Below are positions 54,295 through 64,000 of a stretch of 64,000 nt of DNA, in pieces. Source of the DNA: Pelagomonas calceolata (taxonomy: Eukaryota); the NCBI GenBank assembly GCA_918797485.1, contig CAKKNE010000006.1, forward strand, positions 620,001 to 684,000, written 5' to 3'. The position numbers and the translations under genes were made by a program. The number at the start of each line of letters is the position of its first letter. Position 1 is the first letter of the stretch. A model generated the notes under the pieces. The model was not told the DNA's origin and did no database searches. It saw nothing but the letters and a program-made list of their open reading frames with translations.

Positions 54295-55121
54295 ATGCCG
54301 CTCCCAGTGTTTGGCACGTCCGTCCGGGACAACAACAACTGCGGCAACTCATTCATAGGGACGCGGTACTTCCAGAAGTACCCGGCGCCCGGGAGGTATG
54401 AGACGGGCCGGACGACGCTGAACACATTACCTTTATCGAGGTCTAGGACGTCGGACTGGACGCGGAGATATAGGAACACGCGGTCCATGGAGGGCACGCA
54501 GGCCATGCTCTCGCTAGGAGGCGCGGACCGCGTCGGTAGCGTATCGGCGTGGAACGCACCATTGCGTCGATGGCGTCTTAAACCCGCGATTCCCACACAG
54601 GCGAGAAGGTCGGCCCGGCCCCAGGCACCTACGAGGCGCCGCCTGACTCGTTCGCCAAAGCCATGTCGCGCCGCAACACCTGGACGGCGGCCTTCGCGGG
54701 CCGGACGTCTCGGTTGCCGCCGCCTCGCGATGCGAACGGTACTTACTTGCCCAGATACGGTGTCCGGGAAAAACGTTCGGTGAGGCGGACCCTGCCGCCG
54801 CGCAAGAAGAAGTGGACGGACACGCGACCCGTGACGGCGCCGACGCCCAAACAGTTGCCCTACGAGCCGCCGATCCTCGACGCCGTCGACGACGAGGAGC
54901 CCTCTTATGATTTCTTCGCGGCGCCGACCCGACGGCCGCCCGCCTTGGCAGAGTTCACCCTACCAAGGGACCGCGTCCGCCCGCGGGAACGGCCCGTGAC
55001 CGCTTCCGAAATCATACAGCACCGTAGGGCAACCAACGAATTCAAGGACGACCTGCGAGCTGTGAGAGCCTTGAACAAGTTCAAGGTCCCCAAGTCGAGG
55101 ACGTCGATCGTAGCCATCTAA
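54295..55121 (+). CDS. ODF3/SHIPPO-repeat-like protein; intron 54536-54600
   Basis: PAPGRYE and PAPGTYE repeats; GT..CCCACACAG intron restores frame. Confidence 0.6.
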
Positions 55122-55226
55122 CTTACACTCCTATCTCGTAGTTAATTGAGTCGCGTCGGCGGCGTGAGTTCTGGGTGGTGAGTCGTCGACGCCGCCCCGA
55201 CGCCGCCGCCGCGACCCGATCGTAGA

Positions 55227-55955
55227 CTAGCGCAACTCGGCCGAGAGGATCATGGGCTGGTCCCGCAACTTGAACCGGTCGAAGTTGCGCCCGGCGCCAA
55301 AACTGAAATGGCCGCCCGGGAACCCAATAACGTTCGCCGCGGGCTTGCCAAAATCATATTTCGCGGTGTCGTAGACCGGTCCCGGCGACCGCGACTGCTC
55401 CTCCTTGAGCCCGAAGAAGTTCCTTCCCGTCAATGGGGCGCTCTTGCCCTTGGGGAAGCGCGGGAAGTAACTGGCATCCGTGGCAGAAACGATCAAATCC
55501 TTCCTTTTGCTCTTCGCGAACCCGAGCTTGACCCGGCCGCACGTCGGGCCGTTCGAGTAGATCCCGTCGATATTATAGTCCGGTCCGGGAGTTTTATTGC
55601 GACCATATCTCTCCAATCTGGAAGAGTAGCCGAACTTGATGGACGGTGGAGCCCTCAAAGTAACATTGAGCGGTGGATTATAATTTCCTGGCGAGGCGTA
55701 GGGGTTGTACAAATCTCTTTTGCTCTTCATCGTGTTCTCCCAGTCCGACCTGGTTGAGGTGCCGAAGGGCGTGCCGCACCGCGACCGCGTATCAGGTAGT
55801 TGATATAGCGCGTCCGTTTCACTTACGGTCCGCTGCCACTTCATGCGCTCCTCGCCCACATCAATAAAGGCGACGTGGCCCGTCTTATTTGGTATTCTTT
55901 GATCCTGCTTGACGCCCGCATACAAGCGGGGCTGCTTTTTTCGGATGATGGGCAT
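55227..55955 (-). CDS. ODF3/SHIPPO (PGP-repeat) protein
   Basis: SPGNYN, TPGPDYN, SPGPVYD with FG..R spacers; start uncertain. Confidence 0.7.
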   Translation of the reverse strand: MPIIRKKQPRLYAGVKQDQRIPNKTGHVAFIDVGEERMKWQRTVSETDALYQLPDTRSRCGTPFGTSTRSDWENTMKSKRDLYNPYASPGNYNPPLNVTLRAPPSIKFGYSSRLERYGRNKTPGPDYNIDGIYSNGPTCGRVKLGFAKSKRKDLIVSATDASYFPRFPKGKSAPLTGRNFFGLKEEQSRSPGPVYDTAKYDFGKPAANVIGFPGGHFSFGAGRNFDRFKLRDQPMILSAELR

Positions 55956-56389
55956 GGCGCTAGGTGCTCTGTGGCAGGGTGCGGGCGGGGCCGCGGGCGC
56001 TTTTTCGACGGGGGCAGCTTTGGATGGGGCTGCGGGCGACGGCTGGCGGTCGCGCGGGGCGCGGGGGCAGCGCGGCGACGCTTTTAGCGCGGCGCTCAAT
56101 GGGCTCTCACACGGCGCTGCATCTCTCTAGCTTTTTGAGTTCGCCTCATTGCTTGGTGGTCCGGCAGCCAAGTGTATCGCCTCGGCGAGGCCTGCGAAGC
56201 TTACAAGGGGGTTTCCTCGCAGGGTCGGGTTCGGGCAGCTTTTGGCAGGTGCGCCGCACGTTTGTATAGCGCGCTGCCTCGCCGGTTGCGCATCGATTAA
56301 CTCATTGCGTTGCGGCATCGGAACGAAGCACTCGGGCAGCCCCGAGCCATGGCACCACCCTAGCTGTGAGCAACTTAGCACTCACACAA

Positions 56390-59300
56390 ATGAAGCGGGC
56401 AGCGCCCTCAGCGCGCTTGTTCTTCGTCGACGAACCTGACGGCAGTCCCGTCGCGTCGACGCGACGACTGGCCGACCCGCCGTCGCCGCCGCCGCGCCAG
56501 TCGGTCGCGCGAGACCGAGGCCGGGCGACCGCTGCGGCGCCGACGGCGCCAGTCGATCGACGGCCGCTTTCGTCGGGTCCAGCTGCCAGTAGAAGTCCAC
56601 GTTCACACCTTCCGCCGGTGGTCGCGCCAATCGCGGTCGCGCCGGCACCGGCCCCGATTGGAGCCGCGGCGCCAGCACCAGCCCCAAAAACACTACCCGA
56701 GGCCGTGCCGGGCCTGCCGCCGACGGAGGCCGTGCCCGACCTCCCTCCCACAACTCTGGGCCGCTTCTCGCTGCTCCAGAAGCAGCTCCAAGCGCTAGAT
56801 GAGGCCGCGGCGAATGAAAAAGCACAACAAGCCTCGATCCAAAAGAAACTGCGCGAGGCTAGAAAGGAGCGGGACTTGAGATCCACAAAAGCCAAGTCGT
56901 ACCGGCGCGAAGCCGCGCTGGCCGCGATCGCCGCGAAGCGACTGGAGCTCGCGATGGCCGACGAGGCCTACGCAATCGCGGAACAAGCCAAAAAAGAAGC
57001 CCGTGTCAAACTGGAGGTCATGGACCGCGACACCGTCGTGGCTACGAAGGAGCAGTTCCGCGCGACGGCTGCCATCAGAGAAGCGGAACGGGCCAAAAAA
57101 CATGATGCTGCCTTGGCGTCAATTGCCGCGGAGACCGCGTCTGTCGCTTTGGAGAAACTGGCCGTCGAGCATGAGTTAGCTCAATTGCAACTGCAGAAGC
57201 GGGAAGCCGACCGGACCGCGTCGTTGTCCACGGCAGCATTACTCGAGCGGGAGCTCGGGGACGAGCTCCGAGAGGCGCTGGTGACGTCGGCGGGCTTGGC
57301 CGCGTTGCCCCCAGAATTTCCTGGAGACGACAAGGAAGCAGGTCTGGAGCTAGCCATGGCCTCGGTCCTGTCCTCGACGGATGTCACGCCGCGGGCGAAG
57401 ACCGCACCCGCATCAGAAGATCCGGAAACAGAGGCAGAGAACTGTATAGCATCCTTCGAGGACCGCGTCAGAGCGCTCGAGGCGGAAGCTGCCAAGTCGC
57501 TCGAGGAGGTCAAGTGGGCCGAGGGCGCCCTCAGTGGCCTGGAGGACATCGAAAAGGCCGGCGACGAGGCCCTCGACGCGGCAGCTTTGGCGCGGGCGCA
57601 GAAGCAAGATATGGAGAAGCTTGAAAGAAGGGAGGCCGAGACGTATGGCCACGGCGGCGTCGGCGAGTGGGATGATCAAAGGGGCGCGTTGATCAGGGTT
57701 GTGAGAGGTGTGGTGCTCGAGCTTGGACGGGAGTTCATCACCGAGTTGATTGGCGAGGTCGCGCATTCGATGCATGACGAATGCGACAAGGCCCGTTCAT
57801 TGATTGTTGACGCTGTGAAAGGTCTGGTGGATGGGCGTGATTTGAGGACGCTGGAACGGGCGCGCTCTGAGTTATTGATGAGGAATATGAATAATGAACG
57901 GGCCGTCCCGACAAGAGCCGCGCGACGGTTGGCATCCATTGAACCCACTCTATTATTCCTGCCGGGACTCGATGGTTGCATCCCAAAACCAAGCTTGAAG
58001 ACGGATACACCTTTACCTCCGAGGCCGCGCCTTTTAGAGTTAGGCGAGCCCGTCTCGACGATATGCTGTAGTCGAGGCGTCACGGTCACTGATGATGAGT
58101 CTTCAACAGTCTTAGTAGCGGTCGGCGGGCGGCGCGGCGGCGTCGCCATTGGTTCGGTGGCGCATCGGCCGAACCCACGCTATGTGGACGAGGACGACGC
58201 CGACGAGGTCGTCGCGTGCCTGCGAGACACGATCTATCCTACTACATCATCTCAAATCGTCGCCCTGGGTATCGGGAGAAGACGACGGCGGCTTTGTGCC
58301 GTCGACGCGAGCGGTCTGATCCGCGTGTGGCGGTTCGACCTCTCACCGACGCTCCAGGTCAAGAAAATGGAGCGAGAAACGCGCCTCGACGCGTGGACGC
58401 TCCAGGCACGGTGCCGGGACCTTCAAGCGCCGGTCTTCGTGCGCGTCGACGACGACGACGAGCTGTGCGAGGCTGGGTGGAAATCAAATTTCGGGCGCCC
58501 CACGCCATCGACGCGACGGTGTGTCCCTGACTCTGCTCGACGGCGTAGAGCTTCCACGCCATCGACGCGATGCCATAACCTCGCTCACTGGTCGATTTCC
58601 GCACAGGTTCGAAGGCGAGGACGCGTGGATCCGCCGCGACGACGCGCCTAGACTATTGGTCATGGACTCGCATGGTGTTGGTTGTAGGTGGCAGTGCCTG
58701 CCGGCGCCGCCCCTCCCACCTCAAAGGAAGGGCTGGTTCTGGCAGAAGAAACGTGTTGCCCCGGAGCCGAACGACCGCGGTGTCGTGTTAGAACTACTCC
58801 GAGGCGAGGGGGGAAGGCCGCTGTGCTGCTCGACGAATGTGTCCGTCGATAGCTACGGCCTTGTGAGTGTGTGGCCCGCCTTTTCTGAGGGTGATGCCGA
58901 CTGCTCGGTGCAAAGGCGAGTGTCAAGTGTGGAACCGGACGTCCTCGGCCGCGTCGTGACGGCGGCTCCTTCGTGTTCAGATAGAGACGCTTCAGTCCTA
59001 TACGATGAGGGGCCACGAGGGACGGCCCTCGCGCAGTGTCTTCGTGGCGACGCGGTGGCCCAGGCGGCACCAAATGTATATATGAGAGGTGGCGCTACGT
59101 ACTCGTCATCCGTACGGGACGGGGCGCTGGTAGCATTACGGGAACGGGTCGTCGAGCAGAATGACAGCGCGGAGGTCGTCGCTGCCGCGGCGACCGCGGA
59201 CGGCGTCGTCGTGCTGTGCCGAAGGTCAAAGCTGCTGACCGCGGCGGTCGTCGAGTGTAGTTCTACAGAAGCGCCGCGCGTCGACGCGAGTAGAAGTGTC

Positions 59301-59534
59301 GCGCTCCGCGGCGAGGTTGCGGGCGACGTGACCGTGGCCGCGTGCGCGGGCCGCGTCTTCCTTAGAAGGGGCGAGGAGCTGCTGGCCTTTCGGAAGGGGC
59401 GGGAGGAGTTTTCCGTGCGCGTTGGTGGAGGCGTTGCCTTGGCGGCTTCAGAGCCGGGCGTCGTCGCGGCGGCTTCCGGGGACCAGGTGGCGGTCTTCGA
59501 CGTGAGTCCTTGTCCTGGGGGAGGGGTGTTCTAA
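56390..59534 (+). CDS. Coiled-coil + beta-propeller-like protein; intron 58465-58606
   Basis: Long coiled coil followed by beta-rich repeats (DASGLIRVW, DSYGLVSVW); in-frame join EL/FEGED. Confidence 0.65.
58465..58614 (+). mobile_element. Introner element with internally duplicated core
   Basis: TSD GTGCGAGG/GTTCGAAG; TIR CTGGGTGGAAATCAA / TCGATTTCCGCACAG; two CCACGCCATCGACGCGA copies. Confidence 0.85.
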
Positions 59535-59562
59535 AAGGTGTGTTGTTACCCAGCCGGCCGCG

Positions 59563-59621
59563 CCCCACGCGGACTCCGTGTCAGGGATTAGCTTTTCGTC
59601 GATGACGTGCTTCGGCGTCCC
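59563..59621 (+). repeat. 59-bp direct repeat of 61043-61101
   Basis: 54/59 identical by eye. Confidence 0.85.
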
Positions 59622-59706
59622 TATGCGCCGTAGCCGAGAGCTATCTTGTGTTCGGCCGGCTTCTCCCCTGGACAACGACGACAGGAAGGCCTCCAAAACT
59701 GAATTA

Positions 59707-59730
59707 GCTAGCGGGATGTAAGGCACTAGG
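59707..59730 (-). promoter_or_regulatory. Intergenic dyad motif copy
   Basis: Reverse complement CCTAGTGCCTTACATCCCGCTAGC upstream of lipase. Confidence 0.5.
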
Positions 59731-59879
59731 CATCCCTAGAAACTCCAGCTTAGATCGCGGTCGACGATTGGCTGCCCCACACCGCGGCTAGGGAGAGCTG
59801 CCAGCAAATCAGCCTGGGAGCGACACCCAGCATTGCCCGCACGTGGCCGCAGCTGTGAACGAGAGCCAAGGGCAGCCCG

Positions 59880-60989
59880 ATGGAGTGCGTTGGCATCTCC
59901 TGCTTTGATCCGGCCGGAGAGCCGGAGGAGGAGCTCCTCGCCGCGGCGCCCGAGGAGGTGCTGCTGGGCGCGTGCGAGAAGGACTGGAGGACCGAGGCGC
60001 CGACGCGCGAGTCATTGATGGGCGCGTGCGCGCTGTGCCATCTCGTGTATTGGTGGCAGGGGCCGCAGCACCGCTCGCTCGCTTCACTGAGAGAAGACGC
60101 GTTTAAGAATGAAGCGCCCGCCGCGCTCGCGCCACCTTGTGAAAAGACGGGGGGCGGCGGGGCGTACGAGTTCCAGGACCGGAACCAGGTCCACAAATGC
60201 GTCAAGGCGGTTTCTGAAGAACTCCACGACGAGGCGCGCGTGGCGCTGTGGCTCGACGCGATCCACTGTGGTGTGATCGTGGAGCCGGCGCGCGTCGTCG
60301 TCGTCTTCCGCGGAACGGTCGACGCGGACGAGCTCCGGGACGACGCCAACATGCTCCGGTTGGTGAAGTTGCGCAAGGGCGACCGCGCGCGCGTGCACGC
60401 GGGCTTCGTGGCGCACCTTAACAAACAAAGCTGCGGCGAGAAGCTACTGGCGATAGTGCTCAAGGAGGTGGCCGCGCGCCAGCCGTGCGAGGTGCTCCTC
60501 ACGGGCCACTCGCTCGGCGCCGCCGCGGCGACGCTGCTTGCCTTTAGGCTCGACAGCTCGACTTTGCGCATGCGTTTGACGCTGATCACCTTCGGTTCAC
60601 CGCGCGTGGGGAACCGCCCCTTCCAGCGGGCCTTCGACGCTTCCCCGAGAATGCGCCACTACCGCGTGCAGAACGAGTTGGATCCCGTGGCGCGCGGCCC
60701 CTGGTGGCTGCCCTTCCCCGGTTGTTATAAACACACGGGCCACCACGTCTGGCTCGACGCGTCGCCCTCGTGGTGTCGTGTTCCCTGGTACCGTCATCGT
60801 ACTGTAGTTTGCCGGTGGCGGCGCGACGGCGCGATCTGGTCGGCGGCGCGGCCCGTCAATTTATTGGTGTACCCCTTTCGCTGGCTCTGGAACGAGAACG
60901 CCGCGGACTTCCGCACGCACCAGCTCGGCGGCAAGTACAAGAAAGGTTATTTAATCAATCTGGAGAAGGCGACGTGGAACGTCGAATGA
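59880..60989 (+). CDS. Class 3 lipase
   Basis: VVFRGT, VHAGF, TGHSLG, TFGSPRVGN, NELDPV, YKHTG. Confidence 0.92.
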   Translation: MECVGISCFDPAGEPEEELLAAAPEEVLLGACEKDWRTEAPTRESLMGACALCHLVYWWQGPQHRSLASLREDAFKNEAPAALAPPCEKTGGGGAYEFQDRNQVHKCVKAVSEELHDEARVALWLDAIHCGVIVEPARVVVVFRGTVDADELRDDANMLRLVKLRKGDRARVHAGFVAHLNKQSCGEKLLAIVLKEVAARQPCEVLLTGHSLGAAAATLLAFRLDSSTLRMRLTLITFGSPRVGNRPFQRAFDASPRMRHYRVQNELDPVARGPWWLPFPGCYKHTGHHVWLDASPSWCRVPWYRHRTVVCRWRRDGAIWSAARPVNLLVYPFRWLWNENAADFRTHQLGGKYKKGYLINLEKATWNVE

Positions 60990-61004
60990 TTAGTTCCTAA
61001 GTAT

Positions 61005-61250
61005 CCTACAAGCTCTTCAGCTTGGCCGCCCACTCCTGCGCCCCCCACGCGGACTCCGTGTCGGGGACGAGCTTCCCGTCGATGACGTGCTTCGGCGTCC
61101 CGTAGACCTGTGCGAGACAGGTAGGTCAGCCCCAACGCCATCGACGCGGCGCCGTCCCCGCGAACCACGTTGCTCGATGGCGCGACCACGGTTTGATTTC
61201 CGCACCGACCTCTAACGCCGTAGCCGAGCGCGACTTTGTGCTCCGCGTAT
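61005..61250 (-). pseudogene. 3' fragment of a thioredoxin/DsbA-like gene with an introner-like intron (~61107-61216)
   Basis: AYAEHKVALGYG | VYGTPKHVIDGKLVPDTESAWGAQEWAAKLKSL*; intron has CGGTGCGGAAATCAA and ends CGCACAG. Confidence 0.5.
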
Positions 61251-62029
61251 GCTTGGCGGAGCAGGCGAAGATTTTGATCGCGGAAGTCGAGGATAATAAT
61301 TTGGGGGACAAGGCGTTGAATGAGAGGGTCAAACGGTGGTACTCGTGTAGTCAGTGCTTGCAACAATACCACGGCGTCGTGCGGTGCGCGCTTGGGTGGG
61401 CGTGCTGGAAGACGTACTTGGGGCGGCCGGAGGCGGATGAGATTCGGCAATTCGCGATGAACCAGCTTGGGAACGGTTTGTACAATACAAACCACTACGA
61501 GGACGCGTTGCCCGTGCAAGAGGCTGAGTTGTCTATGCTGCGGCGCGTTGGCGCGTCATGGGAACCCATTCTCCTCGTCCAAACAAATCTCGCGGGCACG
61601 TATCAGCACCTCGGACGAGGTGAACAGGCCATGCTAATGCAACGCGAAGTCTACGCTGGACGTTTGAGGCTCGACGGTGGGGAAGCTCTTGGCACTCTCG
61701 CAACAGCCAATAATTTTGCGTCGTCCCTTTGTGCTCTAGGCCGCTTCGAAGAAGCCAAGACACTGTGGCGCACATCGATTTCCACAGCGCGACGCGTCCT
61801 CGGGGAAGCTCATGATCTGACGCTCACGATGAGAATTAATTACGGGAGGGCGCTCTATGAAGACACCGGCGCGACGCTCGACGATATCCGCGAGGCCGTG
61901 ACGAGGTTCGAGGACACTGCACAGAAGGCGCGTCGCATTCTAGGTGGCTCTCATCCGCTCGTCGTGAGGGTTGAGGACCAATTGCATGACGCACGAGCCG
62001 CGCTCCGCGTCCGCGAAACGCAGCCGTAG
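61250..62029 (+). pseudogene. 5'-truncated RING-tail + TPR-family gene
   Basis: CLAEQAKIL..RWYSCSQC..YHGVVRCALGWACW then TPRs paralogous to the 26739 and 27540 fragments; no in-frame ATG upstream. Confidence 0.65.
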
Positions 62030-62110
62030 CTGGTGGTGGGAGTGTGGCGTAAGAATTATCCTGAGCAGTGAGAAGTATCAGCAACAATTATCACACGTTA
62101 AACTAGCCCC

Positions 62111-64000
62111 TCACTCCATCGCGCTCGTATTCACCAGCCGGTAGTACGCCACGTCCGCCGCCGCGTCCTTCAAACCGCGGATGAACGACGGCCGGTCGTC
62201 CGCCCGCGCCCACAGCACGGCCCGCTTCTGGCCGTCGTCCAATCCCTCTAAAGAAGCGATGCGCTGGGGCAGGAAACTCCCGAAGAATCCTGCTAAATCG
62301 GGGGCCGCGAGGCGATGTAAGAGTGCCGCGGCCTCATCTCCTAACAAGGCATGCCTTCCATCCAACAGCGCGCCCAATAAAGCGTCGCAGAGCGGCGCGC
62401 GCCATCTCTCAACAAACGGTTGAAAATCGAATAGCCGACGTTTTTCATCAGCATCTCTGAGCGCGGATAAAGAAGCCTCCACACACCTCGGCGGCAAATC
62501 ATCCCCTCTAGCAGCAAAACAACACAGGTCGCACAACGCATGAAATAAGCGCGCAGCCCTTTCGTCCACGAGCACCGCCGGCGCCGTCGCCTGCAGGAGC
62601 TGCTCCTGCGGGGTGGTCGCCTGTGTGGAAATCAAAATTTGACGGCACGTTTCGTCCTCCACGCCATCGACGCGACGCCTGCTCGATACTGGTTGATTTC
62701 CACACAGGTGGTCGCGTTGTTCGGTCGTCGCACGAACGCCGCCCATCGATCCACCAGCAATCGCCTCGACGTTTCTAGGAGAGGTGGTAAGAGATCAGGC
62801 GCATATTGCGAATTCCTCGACAGCAAAGCGCAGTGGTCCAATAGCAAAGCACACAGATCGAGCGCCGCGGACTGCGCGCCTCGACCCTGGCACGCGGCCC
62901 TTCCCACCACAATGGTCGATTGCACAACCGCCACACAGGCATTCCGCGGCGGCACGGTCGACTGGTTCTCCGACAGCAGCTGGGCCTGGGGCCGCGTCGC
63001 GTCCAGGGCCGCGCGCAGGAACGTCGCGGACGACAGAGCGGCATCGCCGCCGGCCTCGGGGTCGAGCTTGGCCGCACACGCGTTCAGGTCGGCGAGCGCT
63101 GTTGCTAACGCTAGGTGAGGTGCCCTAGATGCCGCTACTTGCCTCGCGATGTTGGGCGGAGCTGTGCGATCCGGCTGCGGTTGCAACGCGCGAGCGGCGG
63201 CATACGCAAGTAGGCGCGGCGTCACGGCTAAAGCGGTTTGTAAGCTCTGTCGAAATGGTGATCTCACTCCATCCTTGAAGGCGCCGGCACATAAAGCTGC
63301 TAGAGCTCGCGCGCCGCCTCGTGCGAGATTCAAGGTCTGTACGTCCAACGCGTCCGCAGCAAACAAAACCGAGTCCTCCACGTTCAGAAGCTTCTGCGAC
63401 GCGTCGGCGAGGGGTGCCACGAGCGGCGCCGCTAATATAGCGTCCGCCTCCTGCCCCGCCGCCGTGTGGACGACCAGAGCCGCTCGCAGCGCCAACGCGC
63501 GCGCGGGCGCACAAACGCGTCTCGCAGCTCCCGCCGCGCCCGCCGCCGCTAGAGCTCTCAATTTTTCAGATCGACCGAGCCACGGCGCTGATGCCGACGC
63601 CTTGGCCACCGCTAATACCAACCACGCGGCACAGCGAGCTAAAGGTTCTGGGGCCGGGACTACTTGGTCGTCTAAGGCCGCGAAGGCCGCGCTTAATACG
63701 CCGTCTATCAATGAAAGTGATTGGTCGCCCGTCGTCGCGGCGCAGGCCGGCGCGAGGGCTCGTAACGCATCGAGCGCCGCACATCCAAGCGCCAAATGCG
63801 CGGGCCCGAGCGAGTGCGCTCGATTCGCGATGCAGGTCTGTGCTAGAGACGCTACAGCTTCAGTCGCTCTGTACAGTTCTGGAGAGGCCGGTGCCGCCGC
63901 AGCTAACACGTAGAGGGACGTCGCGGCGTCGACCGCGCCCGACCGACATGAGGGAGGCGGTCCGTTCTGGCACTCTTCGGGGGGCGGTAAGGCCTTCGGT
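62111..64000 (-). CDS. XPO6: Exportin-6-like HEAT protein, 5'-partial; intron 62621-62715
   Basis: C-terminus DLAGFFGSFLP..LEGLDDGQK..DRPSF..DVAYYRLVN resembles the exportin-6 tail; HALLGDE..LLHRLA. Confidence 0.7.
62613..62715 (-). mobile_element. Intact introner: 87-bp element, perfect 15-bp TIR, perfect 8-bp TSD
   Basis: GTGGTCGC | CTGTGTGGAAATCAA ... TTGATTTCCACACAG | GTGGTCGC. Confidence 0.95.

Noticed and set aside
3834..59730. Dyad motif or introner repeats as a CRISPR array
   Set aside because: Copies are dispersed kb apart with no regular spacers, no cas genes, and the context is eukaryotic

Overview
GC-rich, gene-dense eukaryotic nuclear DNA with short intergenic spacers and short GT-AG/GC-AG introns. 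Gene content and intron style suggest a flagellated stramenopile alga, probably a pelagophyte such as Pelagomonas or Aureococcus (inference). About 35 protein genes are supportable, including importin-13/TNPO3-like, a BT1 transporter, IFT43, CEP120, an inositol 5-phosphatase, a SET protein, a SHOCT-globin, RluA, a sulfotransferase, SEC11, MPP-beta, CLC, RPF2, poly(A) polymerase, an AGC kinase, ODF3-like proteins, a lipase and exportin-6. Five things stand out. (1) A three-exon, ~1370-aa P-element/THAP-like transposase (35684-39932, minus) whose N-terminus reads hydrophobic leader, ubiquitin-like domain ending LRLRGG, basic NLS, C2CH finger. (2) Many introns are introner-type mini-transposons (TIR CTGTGTGGAAATCAA, 8-bp TSD supplying the splice donor), one of them inside the transposase gene. 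(3) A second family of homologous introns. (4) A dyad motif GCTAGTG-N8..11-CGCTAGC recurring at least 13 times, mostly in promoter-side spacers. (5) Truncated TPR paralogs broken at a perfect 30-bp CACTA...TAGTG palindrome and at a chimeric junction. No rRNA, tRNA or CRISPR array was seen. All family assignments come from motif recognition by eye, not database searches.
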